Positions 37,501-48,679 of a DNA stretch of 64,000 nucleotides are shown one piece after another (within the stretch, counting starts at the first letter, position 1; every line of letters starts with the position of its first letter). The stretch lies in the NCBI RefSeq assembly GCF_964213995.1, contig NC_135808.1, forward strand, positions 3,534,001 to 3,598,000, written 5' to 3'. The notes beneath the pieces were generated by a model. The model ran no database searches and was not told the DNA's origin. It was given only the letters and a program-made list of their open reading frames with translations. This DNA is from Mustelus asterias (Eukaryota). The translations under genes were made by a program, and so were the position numbers.

Positions 37501-39175
37501 CAGAAGACTGGAGGATAGCAAATGTTGTCCCCTTGTTCAAGAAGGGGAATAGGGACAACCCTGGTAATTATAGACTGGTGAGCCTTACTTCTGTTGTGGG
37601 CAAAGTTTTGGAAAGGATTATAAGAGATAGGATTTATAATCACCTAGAAAGGAATAATTTGATTAGGGATAGTCAACACGGTTTTGTGAAGGGTAGGTCG
37701 TGCCTCACAAACCTTAGAGTTCTTTGAGAAGGTGACCAAAGAGGTGGATGATGGTAAAACGGTTGATGTTGTGTATATGGATTTCAGCAAAGCGTTTGAT
37801 AAGGTTCCCCATGGTAAGCTTTTGCAGAAAATATGGACACATGGGATTGAGTGCGATTTAGTGGTTTGGATCAGGAATTGGCTAGCTGTAAGAAAACAGA
37901 GGGTGCTGGTTGATGGGAAATATTCATCCTGGAGTTCAGTTACTAGTGGTGTACTGCGGGGATCTGTTTTGGGGCCACTGCTGTTTGTCATTTTTATTAA
38001 TGACCTGGATGAGGGCGTAGAAGGATGTATTAGTAAATTTGCAGATGGCACTAAAGTTGGTGGAGTTGTAGACAGTGCGGAGGGGAGTGGCAGGTTACAG
38101 AGGGACATAGATAAGCTGCAGAGCTGGGCTGAGAGGTGGCAAATGGAGTTTAATGCGGAAAAGTGTGAAGTGATTCACTTTGGAAGGAGTAACAGGAATA
38201 CAGAGTACTGGGCTAATGGTAAGGTACTTGGTAGTGTGGATGAACAGAGGGATCTGGGTGTCCATGTGCATAGATCCCTGAAAGTTGGCACCCAGGTTGA
38301 TAGGGTTGTTATGGTGTGTCAGCTTTTATTCATAGAGGGATTGAGTTTCAGAGCCAGGAGGTCATGCTGCAAAACTCTGATGCGGCCGCATTTGGAGTAT
38401 TGCGTACAGTTCTGGTCGCCGCATTATAGGAAAGATGTGGAAGTGTTGGAAAGGGTGCAAAGGAGATTTACCAGGATGTTGCCTGGTATGGTGGGAAGAT
38501 TGTATGAGGAAAGGCTGAGGGACTTGAGGTTGTTTTCGTTAGAGAGAAGAAGGTTAAGAGGTGACTTAATAGAGGCATACAAGATGATCAGAGGATTAGA
38601 TAGGGTGGATAGTGAGAGCCTTTTTCCTCGGATGGTGATGGCTAACACAAGGGGACATAGCTTTAAATTGAGGGGTGAGAGATATAGGACAGATGTTAGA
38701 GGTGGGTTCTTTACTCAGTGTAGTAAGGGTGGGGAATGCCCTGCCTGCAGCAGTAGTGGACTCGTCAACATTAAGAGCATTCAAATGGTTTTGGATAAAC
38801 ATATGGATGATAATGGAATAGTGTAGATTAGAGGGGCTTTTGATTGGTTTCACTGGTCGGTGCAACATCGAGGGCCGAAGGGCCTGTACTGCGCTGTAAT
38901 GTTCTATGTCACGCTGCAGCTTCTGACATCTCTCCAAACTATCCACAACACCACCAACCTTCGTGTCGTCAGCAAACTTACCAACCCATCCTTCCACTTC
39001 CTCATCCAGGTCATTTATGAAAATGACAAACAGCAAGGGTCCCAAAACAGATCCCTGGGACACTTCACTGGTGACTGACCTCCATTCAGAAAAAGATCCA
39101 TCTACAACCACTCTCTGCCTTCTGCAGGCAAGCCAGTTCTGGATCCACAAGGCAACAGCCCTTTGGATCCCATGC
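34515..39175 (-). mobile_element. CR1 (-) split into 34515-35332 and 38904-39175 by the + strand CR1
   Basis: The halves rejoin in the CQKLQRDI|DRIQDWVEKW region. Confidence 0.82.
35336..38907 (+). mobile_element. Long CR1 LINE: ORF1 SGNH-esterase domain (35392-35964) and frameshifted ORF2 EN-RT (36030-38826)
   Basis: GDSIVKG..HIGTQD..DGLHLN (esterase); YFNARSIRNK (APE endonuclease); RT motifs; tail gttctatgt. Confidence 0.95.
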
Positions 39176-40395
39176 CTCTCCGACCTCCTCAGAAGACAAA
39201 CATGGGACACAGTGGACAGAGTACCCTTCATCGTCCAGTACTTGTTAAAGAAGCCATCCCCTATGGACAAGCCCTCCGTATACACAGGATCTGCTCAGAT
39301 GAGAAGGATCGCAACAGACACCTCCAGACGCTGAAAGATGCCCTCATAAGAACAGGATATGGCGCTCAACTCATCGATCGATAGTTCCGATGCGCCACAG
39401 CGAAAAACCGCACCGACCTCCTCAGAAGACAAACACAGGAGATGGCGGACAGAGTACCCTTCGTTGTCCAGTAATTCCCTGGAGCGGAGAAGCTACGGCA
39501 TCTCCTCCGGAGCCTTCAACATGTCATTGATGAAGACGAGCATCTCGCCAAGACCATTCCCACAACCCCACTTCTTGCCTTCGAACAGCCGCACAACCTC
39601 AAACAGACCATTGTCTGCAGCAAACTACCCAGCCTGCAGGAGAACAGTGACTACGACACTATACAACACTGCCACAGCAACCTCTGCAAGACGTGCCGGA
39701 TCATCGACACAGATGCCATCATCTCACGTGAGAACACCATCTACCAGGTACACAGTGCCTACTCTTGCAACTCGGCCCATGTTGTCTACCTGATACGCTG
39801 CAGGAAAGGATGTCCCAAGGCATGGTACATTGGGGAAACCATGCAGATGCTACGACAACGGATGAATGAACACCACTCGACAATCACCAGGCAAGACTGT
39901 TCTCTTCCTGTGGGGGGGAGCACTTCAGCGGTCACGGGCATTCAGCCTCTGATCTTCAGGTAAGCGTTCTCCAAGGCAGCCCTCACGGCACACGACAGCG
40001 CAGAGTCGCTGAGCAGAAACTGATAGCCAAGTTCCGCACACATGAGGACGGCCTAAACCGGGATGTTGGGTTTATGTCACACTATCAGTAACCCCCACAG
40101 CTTGCCTCCTGGACTTGCAGAATCTCACTGGCTGTCCTGTCTGGAGACAATACACATCTCTTTAACCTGTGCTTAATGCTCCCTCCACTCAGATTGTCTG
40201 TATCTTTAAGACCTGGTTGGTTGTAGAGATTCGCATTCTAATCAGTATTCTGTAACTTGATTTTGTGTCTTTGTGCACTGTTTGAGAGCACATTTCCACT
40301 CCATCTGACAAAGGAGCAGCGCTCCGAAAGCTTATGATATTTGCTACCAAATAAACCTGTTGGACTTTGACCTGGTGTTGTTAAAACTCTTACTG
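39176..40395 (+). mobile_element. Penelope-like 3' part (rearranged, with stops)
   Basis: EAIPYGQALRIHRICSDE; GIY-YIG region; terminus with a mutated hammerhead core (ctgacaa). Confidence 0.9.
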
Positions 40396-40397
40396 TG

Positions 40398-42110
40398 ATT
40401 ACTACATCTCTCCAGGATCTGTTTCCCTATCTGCTCCTCAACATCCCTGTTACTATTGGGCGGCCTGTAGAAAACACCCAGCAAAGTTATCAACCCCTTC
40501 CCGCTCCGAACTTCCACCCACAGAGACTCCGTAGATAATCCCTCCACGGCTTCCACCTGCTCTACAGCTGTGACACTATCACTGATCAGCAGTGCTACTC
40601 CCCCCCACCCCTCTTTTGCCTCCCTCTCTGTCCTTTCTGAAACATCTGAAACCCGGCACCTTAAGTATTCCGCCTTGTCCCTGTCCCCAAGTCTCCATAA
40701 TGGCCACCACATCACACTTCCAAGCATCGATCCACACTCTAAGCTCATCCACTTTATTCACTACACTCCTGGCGTTAAAATAGACACATCTCAAACCTTT
40801 GGTCTGAGCTCTCCCCTTCTCCATCACCCGTCTATTCTCCCTCTTACACTGTCTACAATCCTTCTCTATTTGCAGGCTAACCTCCTCACTCTCAGTCCTC
40901 TCATCTCGATTCCCTCCCCCCAACATTTCTAGTTTAAAGTCTCCCCAGTGGCCTTAGCCAACCTTCCTGCCAGGATATTGGTCCCCCTGGGATTCAAGTG
41001 CCACCCGTCTTTTTTGTACAGGTCACACCTGCCCCGAAAGAGGTCCCAATGATCCAGGAACCTGAATCCCTGGCCCCCGCTCCAGTCCCTCAGCCACGCA
41101 TTCATCCTCCACCTCACTCCATTCCTGCTCTCACTTTCCCGTGGTACAGGCAGCAATCCTGAGATTACTACCTTTGCGTTCCTCCTTCCCAACTGTCTAC
41201 CTAACTCCCTATATTCTCTTTTCATGACCCCTTTCCTCTTCCTACCTATGTCAGCGGTACCAATGTGTACCACGACCTCTGGCTCCTCTCTCTCCCACCT
41301 CAGGATATCTGGGACACGATCAGAGACATCCCGGATCCCGGCACCAGGCAGGCAGATCACCATCTGAGACTCCCGTCTGCCTCCGCAAAAACGCCTGTCC
41401 GATCCCCTTACTGTTGAGTCCCCGATTAATACTGCCTTCCTCCCCCTTTCCTTAGCCCTCTGAGTTACAGGGCCGGACTCTGCTCCAGAGACACGGCCAC
41501 TGCTGCTTCCCCCAGGTGGGCTGTCCCCCCCAGCAGTACTCAGACAGGAGTACTTATTGTGAAGGGGCACATCCACTGGGGTGCTCTTTATCACCCGAGA
41601 TTTCCCCTTCCTGGATGTTACCCACTTGTCTGCCTCCCGTGCTTCTCGGCCTTTTGGCTAAGATCAAGTGTAGTTATGCGGATGCTGCACTTGGTTGAGG
41701 TCATTAGGTTACATTGAAGCTTCATATGTTTCATATGAAGCAATTTTTAAAAGCGGAATCTCGGCCTTTTGGCTAAGATGCAAATGAGCTCAAGTCTTGG
41801 AGGAGGAATTGCTTTCCCTCCTCCAATCAGCTTGGCTCATGTAGATCAGGCCCAGGACAGGGCAAATGGTCGCTTGCCCTGTCTTGCCAGCCTGGATCGG
41901 AAATGTCTCAACTTGTTGAGACTCTGAATTGGACTTGATTTGATTGAATTGGAAAAGTATTTTAAAAAAACTTGTCTGCCTCCCGTGGCCCTGGTGTGAC
42001 CACCTGCTGATAGCTCCTGTCTATCACCTCCTCATTTTCCCTAACCAGACGAAGATCCTCGAGCTGCAGTTCCAGTTCTCTAACATGGTCCCTTAGGAAC
42101 CGCAGCTCGA
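40398..42110 (-). mobile_element. CR1 5' part (ORF1 esterase and ORF2 start)
   Basis: GDSTVRG..HIGTAD..DGWHLN; YFNARSVVNK. Confidence 0.92.
41641..41970 (+). mobile_element. U2 snRNA-headed SINE-like element (copy 1)
   Basis: U2 nt 4-37 (gcttctcggccttttggctaagatcaagtgtagt), second U2 segment at 41759-41779, hairpin-rich body, A-tail, TSD cttgtctgcctcccgtg (41625-41641 / 41971-41987); inserted in CR1 ORF1. Confidence 0.88.
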
Positions 42111-43574
42111 CAGATATGGATTAAAGAAAGGATATTATTAAACTGGAAAGAGTGCAGAAAAGATTTACTAGGATGCTACCGGGACTTGATGGTTTGAGTT
42201 ATAAGGAGGGGCTGGATTGACTGGGACATTTTTCTCTGGACCATAGGAAGCTTAGGGGTGATCTTATAGAGGTCTATAAAATAATGAGGAGCATAGCCAA
42301 CTCGATAGTCAATATCTTTTCCCAAAGATAGGGGAGTCTAAAACTAGAGGGCATAGGTTTAAAGTGAGAGGGGAGAGATACAAAAGGGTCCAGAGAGGCA
42401 ATTTTTTCACAGAAGGTGGTGAGTGTCTGGAACAAGCTGCCAGAGGCAGTAGTAGAGGCAGGTACAATTTTGTCTTTTAAAAAACGTTTAGACAGTTACA
42501 TGAGAAAAATGGGTATAGAGGGATATGGGCCCGACATGGGCAACTGGGACTAGCTTAGTGGTTAAAAAAAGAGGTGGCATGGACAAGTTGGACCGAAGGG
42601 CCAGTTTCCATGTTGTAAACCTCTATCACTCTAATTAGTGATGAGCAAGAAATACTGGTCTAGCCAACGAGGACCATACTCCATCAAAGAAGAAACAAAA
42701 AATAGGTGTCCATCAATACCCATATGCTACAGCTGCAACACATCATCTGTCCTGCCATCTATGTTGTGTTATATTTACGTAGTTAGATTTCAAATTTAAT
42801 ATCACTCAATGATTGAGTGTGGTTAGACACAAGTTTCAAGGAGGTGGTCACACCTCCAGACAGGTAGATGGGTGACCGCCAGGAGAGGTAGGCAGATAAT
42901 GCAGGAGTCTCCTGTGGCTATCCCCCTCTCAAACAGGTATACCCTTTTGGATACTGTTGGGGGGACCTGTACAAGAAGGACGGGTTACACCTGAACTGGA
43001 GGGGCACCAATATCCTGGGTGGGAGTGCTGTTCGGGAGGGTTTAAACTAGTTTGATGGGGGGTGGGCACCGGAACAGCAGGCCAGTTGTTGTAGGGACTG
43101 GAGAAGAAAGTGAGACTGAGATAAACATAGCGCAGAGCAAGGGCAGGCAGAGGGAAGCCACGGGGCTCAGCAGGACTGGAGTGCATTTGCTTCAATGCAA
43201 GAAGTAATACAGGTAAAACAGATTAACTGAGAGCCTGGATTACTGCATGGAATTATGATGTTATTGCAATTACGGAGGCATAGTTAAAGAAGGGACAGGA
43301 CTGGCAGCTGAACATTCTGGGATATCGCTGTTTTAGATGGGACAGAAAGGGAAACAAAAGGGGTGAGGGAGCACATCTCATCTGTGTTGAGGGAAGACAT
43401 ATTGGAGGGATCTTGTAGTGAGGCATTAGGGGTGGAGCTCAGGAATAGGAAGGGTGAGATCACAATGTTGGGACTGTATTATAGATCTCCCAACAGTCTG
43501 CAGGAGACAGAGGAGCAGTTGTGTATTCAGATACTGAAAAGGTGTGAAAAAAGCAGGGTAGATGTGGTGGGTAA

Positions 43575-43879
43575 TGTGGTGAACCATAGTTGGTTACCAC
43601 TATGAGTGCTGAGCCATGGATGGTCAGCACTATGGAGTTTGTAGAGATGTTACTGTAATTACTGTTGGGGTTAGGGTTGGGCTGTTCTACTTGTTGATAT
43701 TGTTCTGTGGTACACTCCAGTTGGCTCCGCCTACCGGGGAAGTATAAAGGTCACTGCACTGCCTGGAGACCCTTTAGTCTGGGATTGTATTGTATATAGT
43801 GTGCTCCATTCTTGTCAGTAATAAAAGCCTTCATTTCCCGGGAACAATCTAGTCTCCCGAGTGATTTAATCGCGCATCA
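43575..43879 (+). mobile_element. 305-bp solo LTR (Mag-like Gypsy family), 5-bp TSD ggtaa
   Basis: TG...CA ends, TATA-like gtataaa, aataaa; TSD 43570-43574 / 43880-43884. Confidence 0.92.
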
Positions 43880-44085
43880 GGTAACTTTAACTTCCCCCAT
43901 ATTGACTGGGAATCCCTTAGAGCCAGGGGCTCGGATGGAGAGCAATTAATTAAATGTGTCTGGGAGGACTTTTTGATACAGTATGTTGACAATCAACTAG
44001 GGAGGGGGCCATACTAGACTTAGCCTTAGGGAATGAGCTGGGCCAGGTGATCAATGGGGGAGCATTTTGGGCTTAGCAACTATAA

Positions 44086-45832
44086 GTTATGTGTGGAAGT
44101 TATGTGTGGAACCGGAGGAGATTGGTGAAGCATTGAACCAATATTTCTCTTCGGTGTTCACGCAAGGGGACATGAATATAGCTGAGGAGGACACTGGGTT
44201 GCAAGGGAGTAGAATAGACAGTATTACAGTTGATAAGGAGGATGTGCAGGATATTCTGGAGGGTCTGAAAATAGATAAATCCCCTGGTCCGGATGGGATT
44301 TATCCAAGGATTCTCTGGGAGGCAAGAGAAGTGATTGCAGAGCCTCTGGCTCTGATCTTCAGGTCGTCGTTGGCCTCTGGTATAGTACCAGAAGATTGGA
44401 GGTTAGCGAATGTTGTCCCATTGTTTAAGAAGGGGAACAGAGACTTCCCCGGGAATTATAGACCGGTGAGTCTCACTTCTGTTGTCGGCAAGATGTTGGA
44501 AAAAATTATAAGGGATAGGATTTATAGTTATTTGGAGAGTAATGAATTGATAGGTGATAGTCAGCATGGTTTTGTGGCAGGTAGGTCGTGCCTTACTAAC
44601 CTTATTGAGTTTTTTGAGAAAGTGACCAAGGAGGTGGATGGGGGCAAGGCAGTGGACGTGGTATATATGGATTTTAGTAAGGCGTTTGATAAGGTTCACC
44701 ATGGTAGGCTTCTGCAGAAAATGCAGATGTATGGGATTGGGGGTGATCTAGGAAATTGGATCAGGAATTGGCTAGCGGATAGGAAACAGAGGGTGGTGGT
44801 TGATAGTAAATATTCATCATGGAGTGCGGTTACAAGTGGTGTACCTCAGGGATCTGTTTTGGGGCCACTGCTGTTTGTAATATTTATTAATGATCTGGAT
44901 GAGGGTATAGTTGGGTGGATTAGCAAATTTGCTGATGACACCAAAGTCGGTGGTGTGGTAGACAGTGAGGAAGGGTGTCGTAGTTTGCAGGAAGACTTAG
45001 ACAGGTTGCAAAGTTGGGCCGAGAGGTGGCGGATGGAGTTTAATGCGGAGAAGTGTGAGGTAATTCACTTTGGTAGGAATAACAGATGTGTTGAGTATAG
45101 GGCTAACGGGAGGACTTTGAATAGTGTGGAGGAGCAGAGGGATCTAGGTGTATGTGTGCATAGATCCCTGAAAGTTGGGAATCAAGTAGATAAGGTTGTT
45201 AAGAAGGCATATGGTGTCTTGGCGTTTATTGGTAGGGGGATTGAATTTAGGAGTCGTAGCGTTATGTTGCAACTGTACACAACTCTGGTGCGGCCGCACT
45301 TGGAGTACTGTGTGCAGTTCTGGTCCCCACATTACAGGAAGGATGTGGAGGCTTTGGAGAGGGTGCAGAGGAGGTTTACCAGGATGTTGCCTGGTATGGA
45401 GGGGAGATCCTATGAGGAGAGGCTGAGGGATTTGGGATTGTTTTCGCTGGAAAGGCGGCGGCTAAGAGGGGATCTTATTGAAACATATAAGATGATTAGA
45501 GGTTTAGATAGGGTGGATAGTGATAGCCTTTTTCCTCTGATGGAGAAATCCAGCACGAGGGGGCATGGCTTTAAATTGAGGGGGGGTAGTTATAGAACCG
45601 ATGTCAGGGGTAGGTTCTTTACCCAGAGGGTGGTGAGGGATTGGAATGCCCTGCCAGCATCAGTAGTAAATGCGCCTAGTTTGGGGGCGTTTAAGAGATC
45701 CGTAGATAGGTTCATGGATGAAAAGAAATTGGTTTAGGTTGGAGGGTCACAGTTTTTTTTTAACTGGTCGGTGCAACATCGTGGGCCGAAGGGCCTGTTC
45801 TGCGCTGTAATGTTCTATGTTCTATGTTCTAT
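44086..45832 (+). mobile_element. Young 5'-truncated CR1 with an uninterrupted RT/C-terminal ORF of about 550 aa
   Basis: ORF 44067-45737 has intact QHGF, DFSKAFD, GVPQGSVLGP, FADD; (gttctat)3 tail. Confidence 0.95.
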
Positions 45833-46139
45833 AATTCATAAGATTTTGGGTATTCATGGGTAAGGACAAGAGTGGATCTAGGGTGAGGATGCTTAATTGG
45901 GAGAGGGCCAAATATATCCAAATTAGACAGGAACTGGGGAATGTGGATTGGGAGCGGCAATTTGAGGGCAAATCCATGTCTGACTTGGGAGGATTTTAAA
46001 GGCCAGTTGACCCAATCTACACTTTATTAATTAAATCCATGTTATGAGGTGACACCTGATGAATTCTCTGGGGATTATTATTAAATAGTGATTTCTGGGT
46101 GATTACAGACTGGTTCCAAACCAGGATCCATGATTTAAT

Positions 46140-46275
46140 TCAGTAACTGAGTGAAAATGAAAGTAAAAGTTTTCAAGGTGGGGCGAGCTGTTGTGAACAT
46201 TTTTACTCTTCACAGATCTGTTGGAAAACGGCGGAAAATCTCCGATCAGATCGCGGGAAAGTAAGAGGTGAGTCC
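46140..46275 (+). promoter_or_regulatory. Candidate promoter and non-coding 5' exon of the BTN-like gene (IRF-E/ISRE-like motif, GC box, donor sites)
   Basis: GAAAATGAAAGT at 46153-46164 (GAAANNGAAA), ggtggggcg near 46177, locally CpG-rich non-repeat sequence, donor-like gtaaga (46261) and gtgagt (46268). Confidence 0.45.
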
Positions 46276-47149
46276 CAGGTGTTTTTTTTATTTTGGGGAA
46301 AGTTTATTTGCTGTGGGATTGGGTGGTTTTCATTCAGACTGAAAGATCCTGATCAAACACAAGGAATTGAACTGGGAGCCGCTGGAGATTGTCCAGTGAG
46401 AAGTTGTAAAGTGTATAAAATGTTTCTAATCCCTTTCAGAGAGTCTGGAAGCGGCTCCTGTCAGTGTCAGGGGGACGGGAGGGAGAGGAGATTTAAAACA
46501 AAAATCAGAGTTAAACACAGCGACCAGAAAGAAAGACGGAAATGAAATGGAGGAAGAGTCTTGTGGCGGCCATTACACGAAACGTTACAAATTTATATTT
46601 AAAGTGAAATCATTTAACCCTGTAGATAACTGCGGCGCCTCCTTTCTGGAAACAAACATTTAATCCCAGAGTTTCTCTTGTGCTAAAAGCAGCCACGATT
46701 ACATTCTGTCCCATTCCTTCACCATTGACAGCGGTGACTTCAGCTGCCTGCACCCGAAACTCTGGAGTTCCCTCCCTGAAACTCTCCAATTCTCTCTTCC
46801 CCTTCGATATGCTTCTGAAAGCCCCTCACTTTGACTCAGCTTTTGCTCAGTTGTATCTGGTGTCTCTTGAAGCGACTTTTCATCTCAGCTTCTCTTAGAT
46901 ATACTTGTGCTGTTTATTTTTTTAAAAACGTATTTCCCTTTTGTGACAAAATGAATCCAACAATCTGTAAAGTCAGGAATGTGAGAATTCAACCAATCTG
47001 CAAAATTGAATGTTTTCTGAATTATTGAATAAGTTCATGTATTTGGCTATGGAATGGATAAATTTGTTTTACATTTTACCAAGTGACACAAAGCCTGTTT
47101 AACAATGATGAACTACACATCAAAGATCAGATTTTTAACAGTTAGGGTT

Positions 47150-48125
47150 TGTGGTGAACCATAGATGGTTACCACAATGGGTACTTGTACATATGTTACT
47201 CTTGTTACTGTTGGGGTTAGGGTTGGGGTGTGTAAGGAATAATCATTAAGACAACATATATTGGAAGGAATAATTATTAGGACAAGTAGGGGATAATAAT
47301 TGACACAGAAGAAATAATCACTACCTAAGAAGTTCTCATATATCATCACATATCTTATTAAGCACTTGTACCCTTTTAAGTGCACGAAACCTTACCAGGC
47401 CAGTACACATAGATACTCACATGAATGAACATGAAGGCTAAAAGAAGTCAAGCAAACACACAGAAGCTGACAGTAATTTCCTAAAACCTAAGAAACGCAC
47501 ATCTTTTAAAAAGTCTTGGCACAGTAGGATGCTCCACAATGGTTGAACAAACAACAACCTTGGCTGATTAGATAATAAACTTCAGATAGGAAGGCAAGAT
47601 GGAACCACAATGATATCATAGCACATTCATTAGTGACCAATCAGAGAAAAGGCAGATAACGTAGGTCTAGTAAACCATGGTGGCTAACGAAAAGTGGCCT
47701 TGGGGTCTGTAAGAAAAGCCTTGACTGTAAGATAAGAAAGATGAGGTATGAGGCTAAAATGTGTATAAAAATGCTGTAAGCGCGCTGGTTCTTTGGATTC
47801 ATCCGGAAATCCCGGCTTTGTTGACTTGTATGAGCTAATAAAGCCTTGCTGCCTGGAAGATCAAGACTCAGACTCTCTATTCAGATTGACGAACTCTTCT
47901 TGCCGTCCACGGGGAACCACGGCAGGTGTTCCACCTGTTATTATTGTTTATGTGGTACACTCCGTTCGGCTCCGCCTTCTTACTGGAGTAGAAAGGTCAC
48001 TGCTACTTCCTAGTAGCCCTTAGTCTGGGATAATATTGTTAAGTAGTGTGCTCCAATCTTGTTGTGAATAAAAGCCTTTATTCTCGGGTACGTCCTAGCC
48101 TCCCGTGTGAATCAATCGCGCATCA
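47150..48125 (+). mobile_element. Solo LTR of the 305-bp family (TSD gggtt) containing a nested second LTR
   Basis: tgtggtgaaccata..cgcgcatca; TSD 47145-47149 / 48126-48130. Confidence 0.9.
47231..47924 (+). mobile_element. 694-bp solo LTR (ERV- or Gypsy-like), 4-bp TSD ggtg
   Basis: TGTAAG...GGCA ends, tataaaa at about 47764, aataaa at about 47837; TSD 47227-47230 / 47925-47928. Confidence 0.82.
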
Positions 48126-48129
48126 GGGT

Positions 48130-48415
48130 TTTTTTTGTTTATATCCAATCAAAGTCTCAATAAGTGAGACATTACAGATCCAAGCTGACAAGACAGGTTG
48201 GCCGTTTCCTGTCTTGGGCTTGATCTGCATTATCCAAGCTGATAGGAGCAGGCATTGCACCTCCAAGGCATGATCTCATTTGAATCTTAGCCAAAAGGTC
48301 TAGATGCTGCTTTAAAAAATTGCTTCAAATAAAGCCTCAGTGTAACCTTATGACTTCAACCAAGTGCAGGATGCCAAAACTACACTTGATTTTAGCCAAA
48401 AGGCCAAGAAGCGAT
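48130..48415 (-). mobile_element. U2 snRNA-headed SINE-like element (copy 2, diverged)
   Basis: Reverse strand starts at U2 nt 1 (atcgcttcttggccttttggctaaaatcaagtgtagt), has the same body order and second U2 segment, and ends in an A-rich tail. Confidence 0.85.
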
Positions 48416-48591
48416 TGAATTTTACGGCACTAAAAGAGGCCCTTCAGCTCATTAGGTCTGTACCAACCATCAAGCACCTATCCTAATCCCAGTGTTTTCC
48501 AGCAGTTGGTCCATAGCCTTGTGTGTTGTGGTGTTTCAAGCATTCATCTAAAGCTAGAGCTATGTTGATTTTCTCTGTTTCTACATTTCAG

Positions 48592-48679
48592 AGATGGTTA
48601 TTCTGCTAAGATCTCTCAAAGATGGAAGGAATTGACCTCATTGTGCTTTTACTGTTTGTTGTGCCACTGTCCATAAATG
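48592..48679 (+). CDS. BTN-like signal-peptide exon (ATG at 48622)
   Basis: Acceptor catttcag| at 48591, hydrophobic leader, donor G|gtaagg at 48680. Confidence 0.88.

Larger units (their letters stand above)
33841..42633 (+). mobile_element. CR1 (HER1-like) 3' part split into 33841-34514 and 42124-42633 by about 7.6 kb of nested insertions
   Basis: ...ctattatagaa (34514) continues as agaaaggatattattaaac (42125), as in the intact copies at 32950 and 63335. Confidence 0.8.
42700..46010 (+). mobile_element. Old CR1 5' remnant hosting a solo LTR and a young CR1
   Basis: Degenerate esterase and EN fragments at 42700-44085, resuming at 45833. Confidence 0.7.

Noticed and set aside
41641-41680. 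Functional U2 snRNA gene
   Set aside because: Only nt 4-37 match; flanked by a TSD inside a CR1, with no snRNA promoter context
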